Assembly (NCBI GenBank): GCA_963668025.2
Contig: CAXXTH010000017.1
Span: 96,001 to 160,000 of the forward strand
DNA length: 64,000 nt
Direction: 5' to 3'
From: Candidatus Hydrogenedentota bacterium
Lineage (GTDB): Bacteria > Hydrogenedentota > Hydrogenedentia > Hydrogenedentales > SLHB01
Positions 47,156 through 56,821 of the stretch are shown here, piece after piece. Position 1 is the stretch's first letter. Each line of letters begins with the position of its first letter. The notes beneath the pieces are model-generated. The model ran no database searches, was not told the origin of the DNA, and saw only the letters and a list, made by a program, of their open reading frames with translations. The translations under genes were made by a program, and so were the position numbers.

Positions 47156-49789
47156 CTATAAACGTGGGTCTACGGGTTCGCTTTCAAGGGCCAGCACGCC
47201 AAAGACACATTCATGCACACGGCGCAATGGCTCATGGCGTACGAAACGCTCCAGCGCCTCGATGCCTAGCGCAAACTCATTCAAGGCCAGAGTCCGTTTT
47301 ATGCCAAGCCGGCGCGCGCGCAAGCGTTCCATATGAGCAGCGTTAGTATACTCAGGGCCATAGATGATACGCAGATATTCCCGCCCGCGCACTTTGATGG
47401 CCGGTTGTATGAGGCCTTTTTTGCCCCGCTGGATGAAATCAAATGGCTTTACCACCATGCCTTCGCCGCCGTTTGATGTGAGTTCTTCCCACCACTGTAT
47501 ACCTATCGTTTCGCTTTTAGGCTCTGTAACATCGATAGTTTGGAAGGGGGTGGCCAGTAACATTTCTGTATCTTCTTGGCATATTTTTGCCAATGTTTCC
47601 ATGTGCTGGACATGGTTCATGCCTGAATGAACCGCGCCTTCCGTGGCGAGGAGATGAAAAGGCGCGAGTTTCATATCCTGAATGGAATGCACAGGCCAAC
47701 AATATCTGCGATACGCATCCACATATCGTTCGATTGTATCCGCGCGCGCCTCATAACGAGCCAAAAGCTGGCGCACATCGGCAGGCTGCGCGGTAGTGTG
47801 GGGCGGAGTTTCAAAATGAGCGGTGACATCCGGACGAACGGCGGCCGCTTGCAGAGCAGATATCGCCCCATCGAATCCTAAGCGCCCTGCTGTGCCAACA
47901 GCGGCGTATTGGCTACGCAATAGATCATGCGCTTTTGCCGACCACGGCATGAGTTCACAGTCCAATATTGCCCAGTTGGTTTTGTACGCCTCCCATAATC
48001 CAGAAGCGTCCATGGCGGCGCGCAAGCGCGACAATAATTCGGTTTCCTGTGCGTTTTCAGCAAAAAAACGCCGTCCTGTTCGGGTATACACTACCCCCGC
48101 ACCTTCGTCGATGATGCCAAAACGTGTCCTTGCCGTGTCTTCATCCCGGCAGATTGCCACCACGGCTCGAGATCCCATATGCTTTACTTCGCACACCACC
48201 TTGGGCACGCCCGCCGAACGGAAATACGCAAAAGCTTGAGATGGGTGTTCAAGATACTCACCCGCTGGCGCTGTTTCGCACGGCGACATCGTTGGAGGCA
48301 AATAGGTGAGCCATTTCGGATTAATGGCAAACCGGCTCATCACTTCAAGAGCAGCCGTGGCATTTTCTTCGCGCACCATGATGCTGCCACGCAATCGTGT
48401 GGTTATGATGCGCTTGCCTAGTACATCACATATATCTAGAAGTTCATCACTGGCTTGTTGCATGCTTAGGGGAGAAGCTTCCCCTTCCGGTAGAAATGGT
48501 TTTGCTGGTTCTTGATATATTCGTTCCGCGGGAACCGAGACGAATTCCATCTCAGGATATCGCAAAGCGGTCAGTTTTCCACCAAAAACGCAGCCGGTGT
48601 CGACATTTACAGTACGATTCACCCATTCCGGTTCGGGTATGGGTGTGTGGCCATACACTACCCGTGCCTCTCCACGGTATTCCGCTGCCCAATCGCAGCG
48701 TACGGGCAAGCCGAAGACATCTGTTTCTCCGGTGGTTTCGCCATAGAGGGCAAAATCGCGCACTTTCCCCGAACCACGCCCTTGCATATTGGCTTTCATG
48801 CCCGCATGGGCCACGACTAGCTTGCCGTCATCAAGCACATAGTGGCTCACGAGACTATCGAGAAATGCGGCTAAATCTGCTTGGAAAGGCGGCCTCACCT
48901 CCGGCGGTTCCGAATCCAGTTCCGCGAGGCTGCACTCGAGTCCATGCGTTACCTGCACTTTTTTACCGCGCAGTCTACGCAGCAGTTTCATATCATGATT
49001 GCCAGGCACGCACAAGGCGTTTCCTGTCTTTATCATGTTGCGTACGAGACGAATGGCGGCTAGGATTCCTGGACCACGATCCACTATGTCTCCGAGAAAA
49101 ACCGCCTTGCGGCCCTCTGGATGGGTAAAGTAGCGGCTTTCCCATATTGGTTCGGGCGAATCCATCTCTTGAGGCGCATATCCGAGCGTAGTAAGCAAGG
49201 TCTCCAGTTCGTGGATGCAGCCATGCACATCGCCAATAATATCGAAAGGGCCATGATCACCGCGCCGGTCATTCCACAGCGGCACCCGCTCGATAACTAA
49301 CGAATGCAACTCTTCAGGCGAGTTAAACGTGAATACATGCCGGAGACCTTCCCGGGTAAGATTCCTTTTGGAGCGGCGAAGTTGCGCACACTGTTGTCTA
49401 ATCACATGAGGGCCAAAATCCCGGTCCGCCCGTGTTTTATTACGTTCTTGGCATAAGGTCTCTGGTAAATCAAACACGATAGCTACGGGAAGGCAATGGT
49501 ATTCCCGTGCGATCTCGATGAGGGCCGTACGAGATTCATGCTGCACATTGGTAGCATCCACTACCGTGAAACGTCCAAGCGCAAGACGCCTGCGTAAAAT
49601 CTCATGAAGCAGTGAAAACGCTTCTTTTGAAACCGATTGATCATTTTCATCATCGCATACAAGCCCCCGGCAGAAGTCAGAAGATACTACTTCCGTAGGG
49701 AGAAAATGGCGTTTCGCAAAGGTGGATTTGCCCGAACCGGATGCTCCAATCAAGAGCACAAGGCTTAGTTTTGGTATCTGGATTTTCAT
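47156..49789 (-). CDS. pnkp: Bacterial polynucleotide kinase-phosphatase-ligase Pnkp
   Basis: P-loop GASGSGKS; metallophosphoesterase DVHG/GDIVDRG/GNHD/GHT; ligase KHMGSR, DCE, EGMVVKP, KVRG; C-terminus ESEPVDPRL. Confidence 0.96.
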   Translation of the reverse strand: MKIQIPKLSLVLLIGASGSGKSTFAKRHFLPTEVVSSDFCRGLVCDDENDQSVSKEAFSLLHEILRRRLALGRFTVVDATNVQHESRTALIEIAREYHCLPVAIVFDLPETLCQERNKTRADRDFGPHVIRQQCAQLRRSKRNLTREGLRHVFTFNSPEELHSLVIERVPLWNDRRGDHGPFDIIGDVHGCIHELETLLTTLGYAPQEMDSPEPIWESRYFTHPEGRKAVFLGDIVDRGPGILAAIRLVRNMIKTGNALCVPGNHDMKLLRRLRGKKVQVTHGLECSLAELDSEPPEVRPPFQADLAAFLDSLVSHYVLDDGKLVVAHAGMKANMQGRGSGKVRDFALYGETTGETDVFGLPVRCDWAAEYRGEARVVYGHTPIPEPEWVNRTVNVDTGCVFGGKLTALRYPEMEFVSVPAERIYQEPAKPFLPEGEASPLSMQQASDELLDICDVLGKRIITTRLRGSIMVREENATAALEVMSRFAINPKWLTYLPPTMSPCETAPAGEYLEHPSQAFAYFRSAGVPKVVCEVKHMGSRAVVAICRDEDTARTRFGIIDEGAGVVYTRTGRRFFAENAQETELLSRLRAAMDASGLWEAYKTNWAILDCELMPWSAKAHDLLRSQYAAVGTAGRLGFDGAISALQAAAVRPDVTAHFETPPHTTAQPADVRQLLARYEARADTIERYVDAYRRYCWPVHSIQDMKLAPFHLLATEGAVHSGMNHVQHMETLAKICQEDTEMLLATPFQTIDVTEPKSETIGIQWWEELTSNGGEGMVVKPFDFIQRGKKGLIQPAIKVRGREYLRIIYGPEYTNAAHMERLRARRLGIKRTLALNEFALGIEALERFVRHEPLRRVHECVFGVLALESEPVDPRL

Positions 49790-51162
49790 CGGGTGAAGAC
49801 TCCCATCTGCGATGGCGAGCCTACTTCTGAATCTTCCGGTCCAATGCCGAGAAAACGCACTTGATATCCATGCCTTTCGGCGGCGTTATGCGCCCAAGCC
49901 TGAAATTCCGGACGTGTCCATTCAAATCGATGGTCGCCGTGCCGTAGTTTTTTCGTCCCGACTTGCTCCCATTGTACATTGTACTCCCGGTTTGGAGTGG
50001 TCACGACGGCCATACGCGGTTTTATGCAGGTGAACAATACCCGTTCGAATGAATGGAGGCGTTCCAAATCTAGATGCTCAATCACTTCTACGGCAGTAAC
50101 GGCCTCAAATCCCTCCAAGCGTTTGTCCCGGTAGGTTAATGAGCCATGGAGCAGAGAAAGCCTGGCGCGTTGTGGCTCCGGCATGCGGTCTAGATGCAGC
50201 CGCAGTTTTGCCAGTTCAAGCGCGCGTATAGACACATCCATGCCCATAATTTCATCAAACTGGGGATCGTTGAGCAGCATAGCCAACAACCGGCCTTCTC
50301 CACAGCCGATATCCAAGACACGACGCGCCCCACTCGAACGAATCACCGCCAGAACAGAGCCTAAACGCATGTCGTTTAAACTCTGTTCATGTTCCAGCGT
50401 TATAGATTCCGTTTCCTCTTGGGGGGCCTCTTCTTGCACCAGCCGCTCCAGGGCTTCCCGCGCCAAGCTCCTCTGGAATTTGAGATAACGCCGCGTGATG
50501 AATGCACGCTCAGGATGAGAAGCCAGCCACCCATCACCCTTGCGTAAAAGTTTCTCGATCTCGTCTTCCTCTATATAATAATGCTTGAAATTATCCAACA
50601 CAGGAATCAACACATATAGATGCGCCAGCAGCTCACGAAGCGTAATCTGGTTTTCCAGCTCCAAGGTGTAATAGGGCCCTTCACCCCACTCCGGGAAACG
50701 GGAATCAAGCAAATGGCGCTCTACTCGCACGGTATATCCTAGCGGTTCAAAAAGTTTATACAATACCATTTCACCGCCGCGAACGGGAAGAGAAGCAAGT
50801 TTGACTGTGAAAGGAAGCGCTTGCAAAGGCAATTCCGGCCGTTCCGCACATTTGCCATGGAAGGCGGAACTGAACACTTTGCCCATGGCTACGCTAAGGA
50901 AAGATGATGCCGAATATGGGCGGTCATTGACATATTGGTCCAGCAGCCCGGCGTTTCGGGAGCCCTGTTTACCCCGGACTATAGCGATAGGATCCACATC
51001 CAGCAGCAGCGCCACAGTACATCGCTCTTTCGATGCTTCCGGGTAAAAAACATACGCCTTCCCGAAGCTCATCTCGAATGACTGGCATCGCGCGGGATTT
51101 TTATGAACCAGGTATCCCAGATCTGTAGCGGGATCATGCGTGGTTGTAATAGCCAGCAGCAT
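49786..51162 (-). CDS. hen1: Hen1 3'-terminal RNA 2'-O-methyltransferase
   Basis: MLLAITTTHDPATDLGYL, QYVNDRPY (ligase-activating domain); LDIGCGEG, EVIEH, RHGDHRFEWTR. Overlaps pnkp by 4 bp. Confidence 0.96.
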   Translation of the reverse strand: MLLAITTTHDPATDLGYLVHKNPARCQSFEMSFGKAYVFYPEASKERCTVALLLDVDPIAIVRGKQGSRNAGLLDQYVNDRPYSASSFLSVAMGKVFSSAFHGKCAERPELPLQALPFTVKLASLPVRGGEMVLYKLFEPLGYTVRVERHLLDSRFPEWGEGPYYTLELENQITLRELLAHLYVLIPVLDNFKHYYIEEDEIEKLLRKGDGWLASHPERAFITRRYLKFQRSLAREALERLVQEEAPQEETESITLEHEQSLNDMRLGSVLAVIRSSGARRVLDIGCGEGRLLAMLLNDPQFDEIMGMDVSIRALELAKLRLHLDRMPEPQRARLSLLHGSLTYRDKRLEGFEAVTAVEVIEHLDLERLHSFERVLFTCIKPRMAVVTTPNREYNVQWEQVGTKKLRHGDHRFEWTRPEFQAWAHNAAERHGYQVRFLGIGPEDSEVGSPSQMGVFTR

Positions 51163-51325
51163 GTTGGCTCCTCTCCTGCCGCTTCCAATGGCGGAATGCC
51201 CTTCCCTGCCTATACTGGCGGGCATGCATACCAAGGCGTCGGCAGTAAAGCATTATGGCCGGAAAGTAATCTAAACATAGAAAGGGCGTTCACAGTAATC
51301 TGTGAACGCCCATGATACGGAATTG

Positions 51326-52666
51326 TTACCGCGCCTGCAAATTCTTTGCAGTGGCGATGGAGCCGATGCGCTTGCCGAGTCCCAGTTCGTAGTTTTTGAT
51401 GTTGCTGATTTTACCGGTGCGGCGTTCGCGTTCGGCGATCCAAGCGTTCATGCGTTCGCGCATGAGGTTCACCACGCCCGGTTCTTTGCTGGCCAGGTTA
51501 ACCGATTCTTGGGGATCTTCGACAAGGTTGTAGAGTTCCACGGGCGGCTTGCCGTGGAAATCGGGCTCCATGGCTTCCCAGAATTTCCAGATGGGCGTGC
51601 GCCATCCCTGTTTACGCATCCAAGTGCATTCGCTGATATAGAACTCCGAGCGAGGCGTGCCTGAAACGCCCGTAAAATAAGGCTTCAAAGATACGCCGTC
51701 GGTTTTGATCCCCTTGGCGAAGGAACGCAGGCCGCAGGCATCGAGTATGGTCGGCATGAGGTCTTCATGCAGCGTATACGCGTCGCTGCGGACGCCCGCT
51801 TTGATTTTTCCTGGCCAATAGTAAATCAGCGGCACGACGAGCGTGGGCTCGTAGAGGCCATGGTGGTCGAAGTAACACTCATGATCGTTTAGCGTCTCGC
51901 CGTGATCGCCGGTGATGACAATGAGGGTGTCTTCGGCGATGCCCAGTTCCTCGATGCGCGTGAAGATGTGCTGGATGCAAGCATCCATGTAGGCCAGTCC
52001 GCCGTCATACAACGCGATGATGGCTTCGATATCCCGAATGCCAGGCGGCATCCATGACTTGAAGAACTCCGCAAACGGCGCGAAGTCAAACACTTTTTTC
52101 ATGGTGTCCACTTCATCCCGGCAGGGATCTTTCGCATAGAAGAGCTGGTCATACGGCGCGGGAGGAAGGTAAGGTGAATGCGGGTCCATATGGCGCAAAA
52201 AGAGCAAGAAGGGCTTTTCACTGGATGCCATCCGCTCGAGTGCTGGCAGCGCCACCGCATTTAAGTTCTCCGCCTTGCGCAAGGGCCGGTCTTCCCAAGC
52301 GCCCCAGCCCTCGAAGTTCTGGTATTCGTCGAATCCCCGGTAGAATTCGCCTCCAAAGCCCACGCACGTGGACACGTAGCCCGCCGTGCGGAGCACATCC
52401 GGCAAGGTCGTGATGTCATCCGGCAGGGGGCCTTTGGGAGACAAGGACGGCATTTGGGTGTTGATGACATCGCAGCCCGTGAGGATGGTCGAATAAGCGG
52501 GCGTCGTAGGGATGTAAGGACTGAAGGAGTTCTCGAACAGGACGCCGCGTGAGGCCAGCCGGTCCATGTAGGGCGTGGTCAGCCGCGGATACCCATAACA
52601 GCTCATGTGGTCGCGGCGGATGCTGTCGATAGCAAAAATAACAATATTGGGATGTCGCTTGGCCAT
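51326..52666 (-). CDS. Sulfatase-like alkaline-phosphatase-superfamily hydrolase (non-canonical, Thr at the nucleophile position)
   Basis: PNIVIFAIDSIRRDH, PTTPAYSTILTG, DPHSPY, GDHGE, ELYNLVEDPQE. Confidence 0.85.
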   Translation of the reverse strand: MAKRHPNIVIFAIDSIRRDHMSCYGYPRLTTPYMDRLASRGVLFENSFSPYIPTTPAYSTILTGCDVINTQMPSLSPKGPLPDDITTLPDVLRTAGYVSTCVGFGGEFYRGFDEYQNFEGWGAWEDRPLRKAENLNAVALPALERMASSEKPFLLFLRHMDPHSPYLPPAPYDQLFYAKDPCRDEVDTMKKVFDFAPFAEFFKSWMPPGIRDIEAIIALYDGGLAYMDACIQHIFTRIEELGIAEDTLIVITGDHGETLNDHECYFDHHGLYEPTLVVPLIYYWPGKIKAGVRSDAYTLHEDLMPTILDACGLRSFAKGIKTDGVSLKPYFTGVSGTPRSEFYISECTWMRKQGWRTPIWKFWEAMEPDFHGKPPVELYNLVEDPQESVNLASKEPGVVNLMRERMNAWIAERERRTGKISNIKNYELGLGKRIGSIATAKNLQAR

Positions 52667-52679
52667 GATGGCGTTCCTT

Positions 52680-53477
52680 CTAGCGCGCGCCGCACGCTTT
52701 CAAACACGCATTCAAATACCCATAGGATTCCGCCGCGATAATAGCGCAGCGGCTCAGGGAATACTCAGCCGCGCCGATGACCTCGAGGTCCACCGGCCCG
52801 GTATAACCCGCTTCCGCCAGCACTTGGCAGTAGCCCGCCAGATCGATATCGCCCCGCCCGCAGGCTTGGAGTTCGGGCGTGCCCGGCGAAGGGCCAAGCC
52901 CTGCGCAATCGCGGATATGGACATGCCGCACGCGGCTGATGACTTTTTTGAGGGCATCCTTCGGGATCTCGCCGCTCCGGTGGATGTGGCTGGGGTCCAT
53001 GTCGATGCCGAAAGCGGGCGAATCGATTTGGGCCATGGCTTCGAGGGTGGTGGGCGTGTTCCAGATGGCCGCGCCCACATGGGCTTTTACGCACAGGGTG
53101 ACGCCGTGAGTTTCCGCCTTGGTGGCCACGCGCGCGAGCGTTTCAATCGAATGCTGTACATCTTCCGCCTTATTCGATTGGCCGCCTGGGCCTACATTGA
53201 CCACCGGTATGCCAATGGCCGCCGCCGCCGCGAAGGCGCGTTCGAGGCGCGCCTCATCGAGAGCGGCTTCCTCCATGGCCATGATAGGAAGGTCCAGATC
53301 GGCGGATATCGCCTTGATGTCCGCGGCCTGTTTTTCCCATTCATCAATGCAGAGGTGTTCGCACATGCCTTGGATGGCGGAAATCTCCGCGCCGTCATAT
53401 CCCGCCCATTTGATGTGCTCCATGGCGGTGCGAAAATCATATCCCGCAAATAATACGGTATTGACACCTAGTTTCAC
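52680..53477 (-). CDS. Sugar phosphate isomerase/epimerase (AP endonuclease 2 TIM barrel)
   Basis: AGYDGAEI, DMDPSH, HVHIRD, GRGDID, GPVDLE; GTG start after AAAGGGGG. Confidence 0.85.
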   Translation of the reverse strand: MKLGVNTVLFAGYDFRTAMEHIKWAGYDGAEISAIQGMCEHLCIDEWEKQAADIKAISADLDLPIMAMEEAALDEARLERAFAAAAAIGIPVVNVGPGGQSNKAEDVQHSIETLARVATKAETHGVTLCVKAHVGAAIWNTPTTLEAMAQIDSPAFGIDMDPSHIHRSGEIPKDALKKVISRVRHVHIRDCAGLGPSPGTPELQACGRGDIDLAGYCQVLAEAGYTGPVDLEVIGAAEYSLSRCAIIAAESYGYLNACLKACGAR

Positions 53478-53502
53478 ATTACCCCCTTTCTCCGCGGCCG
53501 GG

Positions 53503-54426
53503 TCACGGGGCGGATGCCTTTTCACGGAACGCTTCCAGTTGATTTTGTAATTCAGCCTTCATGTCCGGATCTTCGGTGATCGCGATCGCTTGTTCCTGAT
53601 ACCGTATGGCTTCATCCGCCTGGTTCATGGCAAAAGCCACATATGCGCGCGCGGCCAGGGCTTGCGCGTCTTTGCCGCCGCCCAATTCCTCGGCCCGCTT
53701 CGCGGCGTCCAATGCGACAGCCAGTTCCTCCGCGGCCGCACCGTCTTTGCTGGCGATCAAAATGGCGAGCTGGCTAAGCGATTCGGTGTCATTCGCCCCA
53801 TATTTGGCGGCACGCTTGCACACTTCTAATGCCAAATCAGTTTCACTGGTGTTGTTCACGAGATACATATAAACGGGAATCAACGCTTTTGCTTTAGCGG
53901 CTTCCGCCTGTTTGGCCGGATTGAAGCTGCCTGCGATGACGCCATCAAGCACTTTTTCCAGATTATCCATTGGGTGCCCATGCCATACGATATTTCCCGC
54001 TTTATCCACCACAAAGGCATGGGGAATGCCGGAAACACTAAACGCCTTCATATAGGCGTCTGATGTTTTCTGGGCGTCATCGACACCTACGGAATAGGCC
54101 ATTTTGTCGCCCATCTCGCTGACAAACGGCTTCACCGTCGCCGCATCTTCACTCGATATGCCCGCCACGATGACGCCTTTGTCCTTATACTTCGCCTGGA
54201 GCTCCGTCAAATGGGGGATGCTGGCCTTGCAAGGCCCGCACCACGTGGCCCAGAACTCGACCACGTAGATATTCTTGTCCTTGCCGTCCGCCAGATTCAC
54301 GGCATCGCCCTTGACCCACTCCGATACAGCCAGAGGTGGCGCGGGATCTCCAAGCGCGATAGCCGAAGCCGCTCCCGCAGCCAGACAGAACGCTAGGACG
54401 GTTAAGAGCATTTTGGAACTGTTCAT
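53503..54426 (-). CDS. Exported TlpA/ResA-like thioredoxin with TPR-like C-terminus
   Basis: Signal peptide, EFWATWCGPC, GIPHAFVVD. Confidence 0.9.
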   Translation of the reverse strand: MNSSKMLLTVLAFCLAAGAASAIALGDPAPPLAVSEWVKGDAVNLADGKDKNIYVVEFWATWCGPCKASIPHLTELQAKYKDKGVIVAGISSEDAATVKPFVSEMGDKMAYSVGVDDAQKTSDAYMKAFSVSGIPHAFVVDKAGNIVWHGHPMDNLEKVLDGVIAGSFNPAKQAEAAKAKALIPVYMYLVNNTSETDLALEVCKRAAKYGANDTESLSQLAILIASKDGAAAEELAVALDAAKRAEELGGGKDAQALAARAYVAFAMNQADEAIRYQEQAIAITEDPDMKAELQNQLEAFREKASAP

Positions 54427-54446
54427 ATCGGATTCCTCTTCGCGGG

Positions 54447-55457
54447 TTACGCCAGCTCTACGATCCGGCCCGTATCAAATGATTCGATGGCGGCTTCGAT
54501 GACCAGTTGCGCTTTCAGGGCGTCTTCACCCGAGCCATCGATTTCGCTCGGAGCCGCCTGGGCCGCATTCTGTTCCAGCCACCGGTGGATACGGCTCGGA
54601 AATGTCTCGCCGAATCCCGTCATGCCGCCCAAGTGGTGGTAATGCTCTTTCTCTGTAGTGCTTCGGCTCGAAAACTCCAACTCTTCGCAGGCATTTTCGA
54701 TGACGAAGCGCCCCAAGCTGCCCGTGACCTCGCAGGTCTCAAGCCCGAAACCCGCGCCTGCGTCGTAGCTGCCGCACAGATGGCCCAATACGCCGTTTTT
54801 GAATTGCATGTTCACCTGCACGTTGGACCAGCACACCCGCTCCTTGCCGTCGCGCGTGTGGCCATGGGAGTAAAACGCTTGTACTCGCTGCACATCCCCG
54901 CAGAAATACCGCATCACGTCTATGGAATGGGGGTGCAGCGCCCGCATGTGGAAATGAGGCGAGGTTTCATTCGGATTGTCAATCCACATTTTCATATTGA
55001 TCATATGGAGCTTGCCCATGCGCCCTTCCTCGGCCCAATCTTTTGCGCGCCGGGCGGCGGGGGTGAAACGATGGTTTAGATTAACGCCATACCGCAGATG
55101 CTTGGACTTCGCCAAGGCCACCATTTCCTTTGCCTTTTCAATTTCGTTCGAGATGGGCTTCTCGCCAAGCGTAGGAATGCCCGCATTGAGCAATTCCATG
55201 GTTGGCGTGTAATGATCGCCGCCATTCTCCTTGCCTGCCGTACACATGCTCGCGCAATCGATGGCAATACCGCTCTTTAGCATGTCCTGCACGCTGTAAA
55301 ACGCCGGGCAGCCATAGGCCTCCGCCGCCTTATCGGCCTTCTCATGAACGATATCGCATACTGCCACGATTTCGGACAATTCATCGTTCGTGTAACATCG
55401 GGCGTGGTTGTTCCCAATGCCGCCCATGCCCACAATTGCAACCCGTAACGCAGCCAT
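54447..55457 (-). CDS. Gfo/Idh/MocA family oxidoreductase
   Basis: AIVGMGGIG, GEKP, NLNHRF, HPHSID. Confidence 0.9.
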   Translation of the reverse strand: MAALRVAIVGMGGIGNNHARCYTNDELSEIVAVCDIVHEKADKAAEAYGCPAFYSVQDMLKSGIAIDCASMCTAGKENGGDHYTPTMELLNAGIPTLGEKPISNEIEKAKEMVALAKSKHLRYGVNLNHRFTPAARRAKDWAEEGRMGKLHMINMKMWIDNPNETSPHFHMRALHPHSIDVMRYFCGDVQRVQAFYSHGHTRDGKERVCWSNVQVNMQFKNGVLGHLCGSYDAGAGFGLETCEVTGSLGRFVIENACEELEFSSRSTTEKEHYHHLGGMTGFGETFPSRIHRWLEQNAAQAAPSEIDGSGEDALKAQLVIEAAIESFDTGRIVELA

Positions 55458-55912
55458 GATTGCGTCCTTTCTTTAGTGATGCTCCAAGTCATCGATTATC
55501 TATATCATCGTAAAGCAAACAAAGCCAGTATTGAAGCACGACGTGCATCGTAAATCAATTATTTGCCGAAGCACTTGAATCTGGCAAGGTTGACTTCCGT
55601 CATCCAGTTTCGCAGAATACACGATAATGTGCGAAGACTGGTTCATTGGGCAAAGAAGAACGAAATGAAACAGCCACGGCGTGTGTTCCTGAGCACAGAG
55701 TGATGTATGATGGGTGCATGCGCCAAATGCGCCGGCATTAAAATGTAAGGCCGGAGCCAGGAGCATACGTAGGCTCAGATAGAAAGACGACCGATTCGTG
55801 TCAGAGGGCTGGACTGGTGACATCGCAAAAACGCTGGGATAGAACCTATGCTAAGGCCAATCCCTTCCAACTTCCCCAAACCATTAAGCGCACGGTTCGG
55901 ACGTGTTCCGAT

Positions 55913-56581
55913 ATGCATGAACATAATGGAAATGGCTCGTTGCAGTATTTATGGGCCTACCTCGCGGAAGACGGCTTAAAAGATATTGCAGGCGGAGAAT
56001 CGCGCCTGAACCTCGAAGAATGGCTCGGCGTCATAGATGAAACAGCCAGTTTGGGCGTCACTTGTGTCATTTTGAGCATTGGCGCGCCCCTGGCGGAATA
56101 CCCAGAAGCTATCGAGATTTGCCGGTGGGCACAAGACGCCCATCAGATGATGGTCGGTTTGCATCTGTATGGTGTTTCCATTACCTCGCCAGACGTAGCG
56201 CTGATTGCTACGCTGGACCCTGGCCGCACGCATCTTTTTATCGATCCCGACTGCATGGAAACAGCAAAACCCATTCGAGATAAAGGTTTCCAGGTATATG
56301 ACGCCATAGGCCAAGACCAGGATATGGTCGAACCCGAATGCCGGCTTCCCGAAGAGATGGCCTGCGTGGGAGCAGGCGGCACCATGTATACCTGCGGGCT
56401 GGTATTGGGCGATGAAGAATTCCTGCTCGGTGATTTTTATGCCCGCAAGCTCAAATCGGTCATGAAAGACGAATCGCTCCCCCACACTGTGCCTGCGGGT
56501 CTTCCAAAAGTGCGCAATAAGTGCAACGGCTGCCCGCCGCTCATGCTTCAGCGTATGGAAGAAGCCCAGCCTACGCAATAG
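55913..56581 (+). CDS. Degenerate radical-SAM/SPASM-like protein lacking CxxxCxxC
   Basis: LNLEEWLGVIDETASLGVTCVILSIGAPL aligns by eye with the radical-SAM segment LSxEEW..IDEA..LG..GGEPL. The C-terminus C..CVGAGGTMYTC..FLLGDF..KCNGC is SPASM-like. Confidence 0.6.
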   Translation: MHEHNGNGSLQYLWAYLAEDGLKDIAGGESRLNLEEWLGVIDETASLGVTCVILSIGAPLAEYPEAIEICRWAQDAHQMMVGLHLYGVSITSPDVALIATLDPGRTHLFIDPDCMETAKPIRDKGFQVYDAIGQDQDMVEPECRLPEEMACVGAGGTMYTCGLVLGDEEFLLGDFYARKLKSVMKDESLPHTVPAGLPKVRNKCNGCPPLMLQRMEEAQPTQ

Positions 56582-56821
56582 CATGCGTAAAAAAAAGGAA
56601 GAATGAAAATTAAGCACTCTGCCCTACGTGTGCTCCCAAAAAGCCCCATCCCCTCCTTCCACAGCCACCTGTGCCAATAATGCGCCCTCCGTAAGGAGAG
56701 CATCGAAATGGAACCCCAAACGGCTCTGGAGCTCAAGCACTTATACCTGAAAACAAAAGACGGGAAGGCCGCCGGGTGGGGTGAAACATGGGCATACTCA
56801 CTTATCTTTTTTTCCACCACG

